Both the position numbers and the translations under genes were made by a program. A stretch of 62,846 nt of DNA, filler included, from Sphacelaria rigidula (Eukaryota), in assembly GCA_964200075.2 (NCBI GenBank). It is 6 parts of 6 records of this genome, joined end to end, with 100 filler letters (N's around TTAATTAATTAA, not from the genome) between each part and the next. Parts side by side here need not be neighbours in the genome. Positions count along the whole stretch, not along the records: positions 10,494 to 20,885 come from CAXNAA020006588.1; positions 20,986 to 31,376 come from CAXNAA020006589.1; 4 more parts are not named here. The stretch is one strand, 5' to 3'. The notes under the pieces were generated by a model, which was not told where the DNA came from, did no database searches, and saw only the letters and a program-made list of their open reading frames with translations. How positions within the stretch are numbered: the stretch's first letter is position 1; each line of letters opens with the position of its first letter. Shown one piece after another: positions 13,832-25,697 of the stretch.

Positions 13832-14099
13832 GAGGTGTGACAAAAAAACTAACCAGGTCTGCCAATGAAGTAAAGGGAACTCGAGAGAGGTAGGAGTAAG
13901 TAAAACAAAAAGAAGTACACCCCAGGAGAATATATGGATATCACGAGGGAGTGAAAACATCCCCTGGTACCCACGGAGAAAAAAACATTTTTAGAAATAT
14001 TGCAGACGCACTAGCGAGCATACTACGAGGTGGACTACTTGTTACGTTTCGGCGACTTTCAATGAACACAGAGGGAACTCTACTAATAGCATAGCAAAA

Positions 14100-17000
14100 G
14101 TTATTTGATTGGCGCGAGTTGGTCGCGTTCACGTGCATGGTGGTCCAGTTTGTCATGTATTTCTCAGTATCTTCCTCTGCGACTCGGTACCGCTCGGAAC
14201 CATCTTTGGCGATCGACGTACATGATGTCGCGTACATTTCAGAGGCGAAGCAGTACTTAGTGACATGGTGCGGAAGGCGTTCCGCGGGTTCGCCTGCCTT
14301 ATTTTCCCCTCAAACCATTTCTCCGTGCGTGACGATGTTGGGGAGGGGTTTGTCGCGCATGCGCGCGACGCGGCCGGCTGCAAGTAAGATTCGCCTCATT
14401 ACGGCAGTCTCGACGCGATCGAAGCCAATCCTTTCGAGGGCCTAGTGGTATGACAGCATGTGGTAGTCGCAAGCGTTGTGGGTTGAGGTGTGCTCGTTGA
14501 GGCACCTCAGTGGGAGCCCGCAGGGCGTTTCGCAACGTGCCGAAACTATCGGGAGAGTCCAGGTCAAGCAGCCGTATAGCATGACCTCGATCACTTCTGC
14601 TGTCAGGGCACGAATATTTCAGCCAGGATGATGTGTGGGTTGCCGTATACTACTCTGCTAGACTTGGCGAAGCACTTCCAGGCATGGCCAATGCGGCGGT
14701 TGACTTAAGGGCTGGCATCGCCAATGCTGTTGACAGACGAACGTCTCAACTTGGTACCTTTGGTCTGCCGCCTTCACCTTAACCGCATTCGCCTTCATAT
14801 TTGATGAGCGCATGTACATGGCTTCTGTCTCTCTTCCGCCACGGCCGACCGAACGCCGCACAGACTTCGACGATGGCATTGATCATCTTCGCCAGATGGA
14901 GTTGAGATCGCGGAGCGATGCCAACGTTTTCGGCGTACACCATGGGGCAAAGCACCTTGCGCCCCTGGTCAACCCCTTGCACCGATGCGAATGACGTTAT
15001 CCACCATCCGCTTCTCGATAGAGAAGCGGTCGAACATCACGGTCAACACCGCCGCTAAGAAGACGTTGAACAAATCGGTGGTGGTCATGCAGCCTCGGCG
15101 GAGGCCCCGACTAACGTCAAACCACGCGGAAGTCTCGCCGCCCTCACGGCGCAGGTACACCCGCATGCCGTCATGTAACTGGCGGATTAGGGATGTCATC
15201 TTGGCGGAGACGCCGTATCGTGCTAGCACCTTTAGACAAGAGGGTAGTCGACTGAGTCGTGCACGTTCTGGAGGTAAACAAATCACACATATAGCAGTAG
15301 ATTCTTGTCCCTGGCCAGTCCTCGGGGTTTGCGTACATTGTACATCATGTGGCCTGTTAATTGGCTGGGTCAGAACCCGCACTGAGCTTTCGGGAGGATG
15401 CCCTTCCACTCGTAGTAGGCGTTGAAGCGAATCGCAGATTGTTTTAGAACCACCTTGTCCGCGTGGCCCCCTAGCGAGATGCTGTGCTAGTTGCCGCATT
15501 CGTGCGAGTTCTTGTTTCAACAGCACCTTGAAACCAGTGTCTTTCCATTCCTGTAATTACTTATCAACGCCACACTGCGAACACGATCGTCGAAGTACGT
15601 CAGTATGACAGAGTCCTCGGTGAGGCCGGGCTTTAACGCTTCACCACACAGGTCGTCAACCTGGACGGTCTTGCCGTTCGCCAGTTTGCCCACTGCTTCC
15701 TTCACTCCTTTCATCGAGGGCTCGGCCGCGAGCGGCGTGTGCTCCGGCATCAGTTCGATGCAGTCGATGACAAAAGAGTGGAGCGTAGGCGATATTGCGC
15801 TAAAACGCATATCATACTACTCTTTCCACCACTGCAGGACAGCTTGCTAATTCCGCAACAGCTCGCCAGTCGCGCTCCTGATATGGGTTGAGCCACACAC
15901 CGTTTTCCCTTCAGTTTCAAAGACTTTGATGCGTTGGTACAGCCCTGCCTGGTTTGCAAGTCAACTCCGCTGTCCTGGCGGTCAACTTGTGTAGGTAGCT
16001 CTGCAGTTCAGTTTTAGTCACCCGCTTGAACGCCATGTCTGTCACCTTCAGCGCCTTCCTCAGGCCAGGGTCGGGGGCTGGCGTACAGCTTCTCTCATAC
16101 ATGCTCCCTGATTGTCCACGCATGTCGGAGGCGTGCTTGAACCTGTGGCGACTCATTGACACTTCAAGATTTTTTTTTTCGGGCAGCGACGGAGTAGTTT
16201 ATCCGCAGCCGCCTAGCACAGGGTGTTCGCGAAGGCAGAGGCCATGTCATTGACGTCCTGGACTACTCTAGAGTTGTTGGGATCTAGGGGCTTCGCGACA
16301 ATGGCCTGCGATACGATCATTGTCCAACGCCAGTCAGACGTGGAGCGTTTCCGGTCGAAACACACCCCGCTGCCCCCACCTCCCGGTTTTGACCGACTTC
16401 TGAGTGCGCTCTGTTCAAGGAGACGGATATATAATGAAACCAGTCAACGGCCCAATTTCATCTTGGGGCACGATGTGACATTTCGAATTGATCTGCGTCT
16501 AGCTGACGTACCAGGATGTAGCTAAGGTGTCAGTGGTGTCCGTCCTTCGGTCCCTCATATCTTCATGTGGCTGAGCTTTCCCTGCTCGTTGGCGTGCTTG
16601 AAAGTGTAGTTATTGTTATTTTATGCACTGCAGCGCGCATCAGCAGTCGCAAACCATTGTCATAGGGGGCTTCTGTCATTTTCTCTCGAAAGTCGATCGT
16701 TTCCCATGCCCCTCATTCTCTTGAAACTCGATCGTTTCCCAGGCCTCCTCCTTCTCTCTTTCGTTGGCATCCATCATGAGCACCAGGTGCTCGTTGGTAG
16801 GCACTCACCAATGGAACTACGAAATGTCTTTCTCAACTGGGTCTTGTCAGACACTTCCTACGACAGCCCCCCAAAAAACAGCCCAAAAGTGTCACGAAAA
16901 AAATGGTCATACAGCACCTGATGTTTGGGTTCAGGCTGATGAAGCGCCTCATATAGGCAACATTGGCAAGAACGAACCCAAGCGTGGGAATTCCCAGCTG

Positions 17001-17490
17001 CTCGTTGTGCTCGGCTTTTCCCATTTCAATTTACGTCAAGATTTTACCTCCCCAAACCAGGCACTTTTTGGGCGGGGGGTTATCGTAGAAAGTGTCATCA
17101 TTGGTGACTGCTGCGTCCATAGGAGCATACCACGATGGGGGTCGTGGCAATTCCATGTCTTGCGACTATTCGCGCCCTGAGCACCCCTGCACTAATATGC
17201 TCGGGAACAATGTCTTCTGGGCCTAGCTCGCTGGCGATAGTTTTTTTTCATGACAATATCGATTCCCAGTACTCCAGGCTTTCCACCGCCTCCATTACAG
17301 TGACCGCTGCAGCGATGACATGCTCGGCGCTTGGCGCTTGGAATGTTGTGCTTGTATCGCGACAGGTATTTTGTAGGGCGATGAAATCACATTCATACTA
17401 GGAGGCAAAGAGCAAAAGATCCTCCACTTGGCCCGCATCGTAGGGTACTCTCTCAGCCATGGCGCGTACGTTTCAGGTGGCAACCACCAG
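14100..17490 (-). mobile_element. Decayed RTE-like LINE ORF2 (AP endonuclease + reverse transcriptase)
   Basis: Endonuclease motifs VAT*NVR, DFIALQ, MDANER and RRSIRNVT. RT motifs KVLARYGV..MTSLIRQLHDGM, WFDVSRGLRRGC...LFNVFLAAV and MVYAENVGI (YADD equivalent). C-terminal RRILLAAGRVARM...LP. Many stops and frameshifts. Confidence 0.88.
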
Positions 17491-17884
17491 CTCCACGGTC
17501 CTTGACACCTCCCGCACAGTACAGTGATTCATGCGGACCTGTGCTTTGGCTGCCGGGCGAGCCGGCCTTTCTCCCATTCTGTTCTTCCTTCTTTCTACAC
17601 CTCTTTTCTCTTGGTGCCTGATCCACCGCTTGTGGGCCACTCTCTGTCTCCACGCTCTCTCCAGCCTACCCTGGCTGTCGTCTTCTTTCTCCTGGAAGTG
17701 ATCCCGTACACGCTGACCTCCGCCGAGCCGATCTTTGTACTGACACGCACGTTGCCGCCTGCTACTAGAGCTACGACCACAATACTTTCGGCGTAGATGA
17801 TAATTGAGGTTAGCTGGCTGCCCCAGCCGATAGGAGCAGGGCGCATTCTGACATCATCACTATGACACAAGAATGACTTGCCAC

Positions 17885-18190
17885 GGGTGGTGTCCACCGT
17901 ATGGCGCCAGTTCGACAGCCGGAGTCAATTAGACTCGTACGAGCCGAGTGCTGTACTCTTCCAGATTTCGCTACCCCCAGCTGGCCCAATCCGGTCTCGG
18001 GAGCTCGAGAACCAAGGCCGGGGCAGGGGATCGACGGTGTTACGGGTGATATGCACCGTATGGTGGGGAGCAGTTGAGAGCAGGAGTCACTTGACTATGC
18101 TCGAGCAGAGAGTTGTACTCTTTCAAGGGTCGCGCCCTCAGCTGGACCGACCCGAACTCGGCGGCTCAAGGACCAAAGCTAGGGGAGGAG
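17885..18190 (+). repeat. Diverged tandem duplication (~160 bp x2) upstream of the LINE ORF
   Basis: CACCGTATGG...GGAGTCA...TGTACTCTT...CAGCTGG...ACCAA occurs twice in register. Confidence 0.55.
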
Positions 18191-18447
18191 AAAAGTTCGG
18201 ATAGCGGTTTTTGGCACATTGCTGACTGTACGATTGGGTATAGTCATTTGCCTCTTACATCCGCTCCTGTTCAGCTGACACGATAACGAAGCCATCTTCT
18301 ATCCAACTCTCATTGGCCATCAGCCGTGTCCTCTGGTCAGCCATCACAGTCACGTATGTTCTTGATCTGATGGGCGGAGCTAGGAATTACGGAACAGACA
18401 CGAATCTAGTTAGAGAATTTGGGGCTAGTCCCCCTTATGTACTTTCC

Positions 18448-18662
18448 ACAGGCACCGTAGGTAAGGTACCGTACCGAGCGTACACCCCGGTATTTACCGG
18501 GGTATCCCATAACGTGGTATGCGTAGGTATCGTAGCTATGAGTTTTGAAAATACCGGATTGGGCGGGTACGGTAGGTGCTGGTATCTCGAAATACCCTGG
18601 TATCGTAGGTATCGTAGGTATCGTAGGTATGACATTTCAAAATACCGGATTCGGCGGGTGCG
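18448..18662. repeat. GGTA/TACC-rich repeat (TIR-element subterminal type) followed by an (ATT/ATG)n run to 18718
   Basis: GGTATCGTA repeated in tandem and AAAATACCGGATT twice. Confidence 0.55.
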
Positions 18663-19038
18663 GTTATTATGATTATTATGATTATTATGATTATGATTAT
18701 GATTATGATAATGATAACTCATGACAATTATTATCTAATGTATTATTACGCTAAATGTCTCCTCGCTTGGTACTGGAATCAAGTAAGTCGTGTGATCCTT
18801 CTCGGAACAGTAGTTTACACTTCCCACCATAAGCACGCCAAAATATGGCCAGTAAGTAACGGAAAAAACGGACGTGACTGCATCGGAAAAACTCCATCCG
18901 TTCAGCGTCTCTGCACCCGGAAAAACGGCCGTGACTGCATCAGGAAAACTCATTCGTTGTATACAATACGCCCTTGTGTCCAGGTGCCAACGTAACCTCT
19001 GCCGCTCAGGGAAACGGTTCATTATGACGGGAAAACGG

Positions 19039-19278
19039 TTAACTCTTTGACCGCGAGGGCAGGTCACCAACTGAATCGGCGTCAATTTCACTTGAAAAAA
19101 GTGTGTGATTCAGATAGACTACACGCATCGCGGTGTAAGGGTGTTAGCGGTGTCGCGGTCGGTGTAAGGGTTAACCCTTTGACCGCGAGGGTAGGTCACC
19201 TGCTGAATCAGCATCAATTTCACTTGAAAAGAGTGTGCGTGGTCAAGATGGACTACCCGCATCGCGGTATAAGGGTTG
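19039..19278. mobile_element. Two tandem ~105-bp TTAA-type (piggyBac-like) MITEs
   Basis: TTAACCCT..GACCGCG ... CGCGGT.TAAGGGTT termini; shared core GAATCGGCATCAATTTCACTTGAAAA. Confidence 0.8.
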
Positions 19279-19872
19279 ATTACATACAGCCTGTCAATTC
19301 AGCTCGTGGTGATTCGTCTCTGCGTGTTTGCTGAGTGATGCTACGGTACGGGTGCACAAATATTTTCTGTTAGGAGCCCTTCATCTCATCCAAAACACGA
19401 CTTATGAAATATGTGAGAGTACGCCAGGATTGCTCTTCCAATGTGCTATAATAGAGATATCCCGAATAAAGTTGCAAACGGGAATGCCCTGACCCATATT
19501 CTTGTGCATCTAGAATCGTGAGGAGCCCCTGAACCAGACAAGATTTTGCGCAAAAAGTGCACTCTTACCGTAGCATTGCTCTGCTCACCGTACTGCCTCG
19601 CTCCATACTCCCTCGCAACACGCTCCCGGACGACGCAATTTCCTTTTCGGCATGGATGATGTTGACTAAACTCTAAGGTTTGATTTTGATTTAATAGTAC
19701 GTATACTCTCATGCGTTGTGTCACGTTAGCCGCAGGCAATCGTCGCTTCCCGAGTGATATATTCCATGCCGACTCTGTTGTCTGTGGGTGGATTCAAAAT
19801 GTAGTTCGTTGGACGAGCGGGTCTACGCGCCAGTGTCCTGTGAAAATGGTTCTACTCTGACAGCAAGTTCTG

Positions 19873-20427
19873 TTAACCCTTAGACCGCGGTGCAGGTAGT
19901 CCATTTGGATCATGCATACCTTTTTCAAGTGAAAATTGATGCCGATTCAGCATGTGACCTATCCTCGCGGTGTAAGGGGTAACCCTCGGACCGCGATGCG
20001 GGTAGTCCATCTGGATCACATATACTTCGTTCATGTAAATTGACGCCGATTCAGCAGGTGGCCTACCCTTATCGCGGTCAAATGGTTGACCCTTAGACAA
20101 AGGGTTAATCCTTGGGCCGCGGTGCGTGTCGTCTATCTGGATCACGCATGAGCTTTTCAAGTGAAAATTGATGCCGATTCAGCAGGTGACCTACCCTCCT
20201 CGCGGTCCAAGGTTAACCCTCAGACCGCGGTGCGGGTAGTCCATCTGAATCATGCATACTTTTTTCAAGTGAAAATTAATGCCGATTTAGCAGGTGACCT
20301 ACCCTCGCGGTCAAGAGGTCAACCCTTTCACCGCGAGGGTAGATGACCCGTGGAATCGGCATCAATTTCACTTGAAAAAAGTATGCGTGATCCAGATGGA
20401 CCACCCGCATCACGGTCTAGGGGTTAT
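19873..20427. mobile_element. Array of five ~105-bp piggyBac-like MITEs (four direct, last inverted) joined at TTAA-like sites
   Basis: Junction tetramers TTAA 19873, GTAA 19979, TTGA 20086, TTAA 20105, TTAA 20213, TCAA 20319 and TTAT 20424; units are bounded by CCCT...AGGG-like ends. Confidence 0.85.
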
Positions 20428-20440
20428 TCATGGATACAGC

Positions 20441-20785
20441 CTCGCCCCGGTGGCTCAGTCGGTAAACTCCAAGCCTTCTGACGGTTGGGTCGTGGGTTCG
20501 AATCTTGGAGCAGTCTGGGATTTTTTCTCACACAATGCCACACAGTGGAGAGCGATCATGTCGTGGGTAGAAAAGTTCGACTTAATGGTCGACGAGGGAA
20601 AGGGACTGCTGCATCCCTCTCGCGATATGTAAGAGGCAAGCACCGCAGAAGGAAGGTGGAAAACTAAAACAAGCAAAAAAGAAAAACCTCCTGTGTTGAC
20701 CTTCCTCCTGTGTGACCCCGGCTGGGGCGCCCACATATACCGAAAGGTGTAGGCCGGCGTCCAGAATAGATGGGACGACAACACA
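20441..20785 (+). mobile_element. Full-length tRNA-derived SINE (~345 bp)
   Basis: A box TGGCTCAGTCGG, B box GGTTCGAATC, conserved body, 3' stem-loop and short CAACAC tail; related copies elsewhere in the window. Confidence 0.88.
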
Positions 20786-20885
20786 GTGTTTGAACCCCCC
20801 CCCCCCCCCTACGAAATGGTGAGACACCCATGAGGCAGTGTATAAGCTGTGGCTGTCTCGGGAAGTGGCGATACCAAAAAATAAA

Positions 20886-20985
20886 NNNNNNNNNNNNNNN
20901 NNNNNNNNNNNNNNNNNNNNNNNNNNNNNTTAATTAATTAANNNNNNNNNNNNNNNNNNNNNNNNNNNNNNNNNNNNNNNNNNNN
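20886..20985. other. Artificial contig linker
   Basis: N44-TTAATTAATTAA-N44. Confidence 0.97.
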
Positions 20986-21813
20986 TTTTCTTATGCCCTA
21001 TGCACTGTCCATACCAAATTTCAGGGCCCAACTCTAAATGTATAAAAGAGCATGGGCCTGCAAACTTCAAACCCGCCTCTAGGCTGGCCCAGCTCGTAGT
21101 CACTTCTGATAAGACCCCGCCTAATATGTACTGCTGGAGGTCCAGTTGTAGAGAACCACGGTCGTCGAAAGGTGATACCTGCACGGATACTTATTGGAAT
21201 TTTTCCCTCATGTGTGGCGGTACCCACGCCACCCTCCCTTTTCGTGAGCTTCTTGGTACGTCCTTTCGATGAGAAGAAGCTTGTAGGGGTAAACCTTCTT
21301 CGCCGGCTGGCGATGAGAATGCACAGCATTTTTTACTTCTCTTCAATGTGTGATGGATCCCCCAAGCCGGTAGTGTCCACAGAAGACTTTCCCACAAAAC
21401 ACAAGACTGAACTCGGCTTCGCGGTCAACCACCAGCTGTGTGATCCCCTGCAATTTTTACGGCTTTTCCCCTCCCCGCTCAAATTTCTCGTCGTTTTTTG
21501 CTGGGAGCCCGGACCCGAACCCTGGATCTTCTCTTCATGAAACGTACGAGTTATCTCACTGGTGTCTAGGCCCTGACTCCTTCTGCGGCCGCAGAAAAAG
21601 CAGGATTCCGTATTTTTGCGCAGAAAAACGACCGTGAAAAAAAACAGCGGAAAAACCAAATGTGTCGCAGAGTTTCACAAAATACAGCTGGTTCCAGAGA
21701 GGATAGAGCATAGGTGGGATTGCCCGGCGCAGATTTCCAACAGGACAGCGCAGACTCGCGGTTTCCCCGAGCAGAAAACCTGGAGACAGACAGACAGACA
21801 GACCTCCTCCTTT

Positions 21814-21984
21814 CAGGGCCCTACACGTTACACGTTTCACTTTTCACGTCAAAAGTTAACAGGCTAGTACTACGGTGGGGGATGGGGACCACGTGGGGAG
21901 CTCTGTTCAAAAGTGAAGTGAAATCAGGGCTCCCCACGTGGTCCCCCACCGTATTATCTTGGACGTGTAACCTGTAGGGCCCTG
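21814..21984. mobile_element. Short hAT-like MITE with an internal pair of inverted ends
   Basis: CAGGGCCCTACACGTTACACGT ... ACGTGTAACCTGTAGGGCCCTG; 8-bp flanks CCTCCTTT and CCTTATTT (6/8); internal inverted repeat at 21870-21953. Confidence 0.7.
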
Positions 21985-22583
21985 CCTTATTTCGCGTAGT
22001 TTCTTCTTCCTATCCAAGACCCTCCTTTTCGACATTATCTTCAACCACTGGGGGGCCATTCTGTGTGCGAAAAACCCCAGCGCGTGCGTTCGTTGCTGCA
22101 TCGCGGACTCTCGAACCTTCTCATCTTCTCATCTCCAGCTGCACAGCAGCAATAAAAAATAAATATACAGTAGTCTGCACGCACACGCACACACTACAGA
22201 CAACAGGCAGCACACACTACACACAAATGTATAAATGGAAGAAAGGAAGGATACGGGGTCTGGGGCGGGAGGCAGGGAGATGGAGGAGGAGGAGGAGATT
22301 GAAGATAAGGAAGGGAGAGTAAAACAAGAGTGGTAGAGGCTGCAGCAAGCACATCGGCATTATTTTCTTCAACATACCGGTAGCGAGGGTCACAGAGTTC
22401 GGACGATCTGTCGCTATCCATTTGTTCTAGTTTTTCAAGGTTGTTCATGTTGTGGGAGGAAACCGTTTGTTCAGTATGCGAAGGTTATGGCGAATTTCAC
22501 AGCACGGCGTGACTGATACTCGAAGTATGTACATGTCTTTTCATGGATCATGTGGCATTTTGTACTGGTAGAAGACTAGAAAC

Positions 22584-22971
22584 TAAAGCTCGGAAATGGC
22601 ACCAGTTATTACTGACCATTATCATTCTATTGGCAATAATTGTAATGGTTACATGAAAAATTTGGATGGTTTCAACCCAATTTACCGTTACCGGCTTTAC
22701 AAGCCGTGACCGGCTACGTATGCTACATATTCAGCCCTTCAAAATGGCCCAAATTTGACGCAGGTTTTAGCAATAGTTGAGCCAATTCACGTACAAACGT
22801 GCCTGCGGCACGGCACCTCCAGCGCCCCCTCCATTTGCCGGGGAAGCTTTCTGGCTCGCGGCTGCGCCGCTCGATGACCGAAACCATCATGTATCATTTA
22901 ACTGGTTAATTAGTGCGCTAGGCGTAACCATTCAACTGGTTAATGGTTCATAAAACCATTTCCGAGCTCTA
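22584..22971. mobile_element. hAT-type MITE with 8-bp target-site duplication
   Basis: TIR TA(A/G)AGCTCGGAAATGG at both ends; flanks CTAGAAAC and GTAGAAAC (7/8). Confidence 0.8.
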
Positions 22972-24063
22972 GTAGAAACATGACATATGCAAAAAATATC
23001 GCCGAGAAATATATGCGAAACATGATATACGCGACAGAGATGCGCGGTAGGGTTGTTTTTTTCAACATAGGGGGCCGAAAGAAATCTAGGGTCCAAAAAT
23101 AACTCGAGGGGCCGAGAATAAAGAGGGGCAGAACGAGGGGAGGGAGGCGTAGAAGAGCAAAAAAAGGCGCAGAAAAAGCGCAGAAGATCTAAAAATAGCG
23201 CAGGAAAAAAAACAAGAAGCGCAGAAAACGAGCAAAACAGAAACAGACGAAGTCAGGGCCTTGTGGTGGTGTCGCGAGTGTAAACACTACGTCGCTACGA
23301 GTAGGGTTGAGGATATTTTGGAGGGTGGATCTATCCAAACGATATCCGGAGCGAGCCATAGTTCTTTTTTGATATTTAGGGAAGGATTAGCCGTCACCTG
23401 GCTGGGTCGTGGGCGCTTAAAGTCGCGCTGCACAGGGTATGGTGCAGAAGTGATTTCCCAGGGCTCGATGTTGGCTCTTGTTACGTTGAGCTCTTCCTAC
23501 CCTCGACACCTGTCACCTGGGGTCCCGGAAGTTCGACTGTACAGGTATGAGGGTTTCGGGCATCTCACACCAGGTACTCACTCCGCAAATGTAGAGTGGC
23601 TTGAGGCCGTGTCTTATCGAAATTAAAAAAAAAGTAGGAGGGAAAAGGAGCAAGCCCCGGAAGAACGCTGATTGATTGATTGATTGCATGTCGATTGATT
23701 GATTGATCGCCGGGCGGGTCAATGGTTGAGGAGACTAAGCACTTTCTTCTTCAAACGGTGAAAGCGGCGATCAATACCGGGGATTGGATCGAGGAAAAGC
23801 AACACAGACCAGATTCAGTCAGACATCTGCGCATGTACTCGTTATATATGGCAATCAGCTCGAAGTTCCCCTCCCATGATCGAGCTGCTCACGAGCTTGA
23901 TGACATCCCGCAGCGCATTCCCAGTGAGCTCTTGACTGTGCGTGCCAAAGTTGTCATTCGTAATTTGGCTGCGAATAATTGAAAAAAAATCATTCTTGAC
24001 ATCGAAATCGATTTCGCTTCTTGTTCCTGTGGCCCAGGGAGAGAAACGTGGAACTTTTGCGAG

Positions 24064-24243
24064 ATCTACCTGCTGCACTGGTGTCTGTCAGAAGCGGTAG
24101 GATGTCCGATACCCGAGATAATCTCCGTCGAAGAAGACAAATCGATGAGTATGTAGCAGGTCCTCCTGCGGCACTATTGTCATCGAGAAGAAGCCTTAGG
24201 ATGTCCGATATCCGAGACCATCTCCATGGAAGAAGAAAAGTCG
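24064..24243 (+). repeat. Diverged direct duplication (~80 bp x2)
   Basis: CCTGC.GCACT...TAGGATGTCCGATA.CCGAGA..ATCTCC...GAAGAAGA occurs twice. Confidence 0.7.
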
Positions 24244-24775
24244 TGCAGTAGAGTCAGACAATACATGTGGGTGAGATCGAGACGATTATTGCGAGTAAAC
24301 GCCTGCGAGCCGGGCGCTGTAATCTTCCCCCGGCACCGGTTCGTCCACTCGCCGTCAGCCTGAGGGCTGGGCTAGGAGCACGAAAAGGCTGAGAGCACAA
24401 AAGGTTGGACCACTTTTCGTTGGCTCCTGCGCGCTGCCGTTGTTGGACGGACTATTGACTATTCGAGACTCAAATCTATGGGTTGGGTGTTGATGGACTT
24501 GAGATACTCGAAATGTCAGCGTTGATTAGCGCCGCTGGAAACAAGCGTGGTGGCATTTGTGGCAGAGCAGGCATATGTTACTACAAGATAACTGTAAGGG
24601 AGGACCACTATTTTGCATGCGGTAAACAGTCAGTAGAAACACAATCAAGGAAGATCACAGACCACCTGCCGGGGTCTACCAGTACCCGCGGGGAGAGCAG
24701 CGGTACAAAAATGAAGATTACACCTACCTGCGGGCGACATTTCTGGCCATGTGGTTTGGAGTAGCCTGTTGACTG

Positions 24776-24880
24776 TCAACCCTCAGACCGCGATGGGGGT
24801 AGTCTACCTAGATTACGTACTTTTTTCCAAGTGAAATCGATGCCGACTTAGCACGTCACCTACCCCCGGGGTCAAAGGGG
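24776..24880. mobile_element. piggyBac-like MITE copy (others at 26909-27014, 27975-28083, 46085-46185, 49012-49116 and 59055-59148)
   Basis: TCAACCCTCAGACCGCG...CAAGTGAAATCGATGCCGA...GGTCAAAGGG, same family as the array at 19873-20427. Confidence 0.8.
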
Positions 24881-24894
24881 GGAGAGCTACGTAC

Positions 24895-25697
24895 CGGTTT
24901 TCTGGGACTCAGAGCGCAGACGCGCAAGCTGTTCTTGAGGCTCATCATGGACAGCGCAAGAGAAGTACAGTGTACTTTTCAATCTTCGGTACACTCTGGC
25001 GCCCAAGTTGTATCGTAGTCTTCTCTGTTTTGTTGCATATACCGTTCTCATCTGGTTGAAAAAGTATTTTGGTTGACGAATTGCGGCGCCACAGACATCT
25101 ACGAACCGTGGAGTACGGTTACTGTATCGGTGCATGAAGCAGCTGACCACACTCTACACCCTTCACTTGCGAATTCAGAGTTGAGGGGAGTAGTCCTCAC
25201 TCCAATCTTCTGAACTGTCGAAGATCAGTACCGCACATTCATCACACATGCTCGGAGTGAACAAATCAGAATTCACAACTCCATCCAGATACTCGTAGGT
25301 TGTTTAAATTAAAGTCACATTCAACGGCATGCTGCTCGTCTACTATTGCTTGACTATTACTGCTGTAGTGGTATATCTGTCGACCTTTGAAGCAGCGTCG
25401 GGAAGTATGCTTAACCGTAGCAGCAAACAAGATGGCCGTACTAAACGGTCAGAATCTAAGCAATGCCAGATACCTGTCTGCTGACATATCCCACCTGGCA
25501 TAGTGTGCGAAGAATAGTTGTAGTCTCTTGACTTTTTGAAGGTTGACCCACGAAGAGAGTAAGCTCGCCGTGATCAACATCATGACCATCCTCCACATGG
25601 TTCCGTAATCGGAACTAGACGTATTCCCGGCAACCCAGAAGTCGGACGGACAGGTCAGGGTGGTCATGGTCTCCGTTGTCCCACTATCCTCTTCCAT
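24895..25697 (-). CDS. Unknown membrane protein, 5' exons (25697-25495; 25142-24976 or -24895); paralogue A
   Basis: MEEDSGTTETMTTLTCPSDFWVAG...GTMWRMVMMLITASLLSSW...RLQLFFAHYA then a phase-2 GT donor; in-phase cag acceptor at 25143-25145; homologous to 27544-27755. Confidence 0.55.

Noticed and set aside
19873..20427. CRISPR-like repeat array
   Set aside because: Whole units are homologous with no unique spacers, one unit is inverted, solo copies are dispersed, and no cas genes are present in this eukaryotic DNA.
20441..20515. tRNA genes (also at 50052, 55420-55490, 59150 and 41660)
   Set aside because: A and B boxes are present, but there is no good acceptor or anticodon stem, and most continue into a shared SINE body.
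20690..20780. HDV-like ribozyme in the SINE tail (CCTTCCTC..CCGGCTGG..ATGGGAC recalls HDV)
   Set aside because: The upstream strand needed to pair with the terminal GGGAC (P2) is absent and P1/P3 cannot be drawn.
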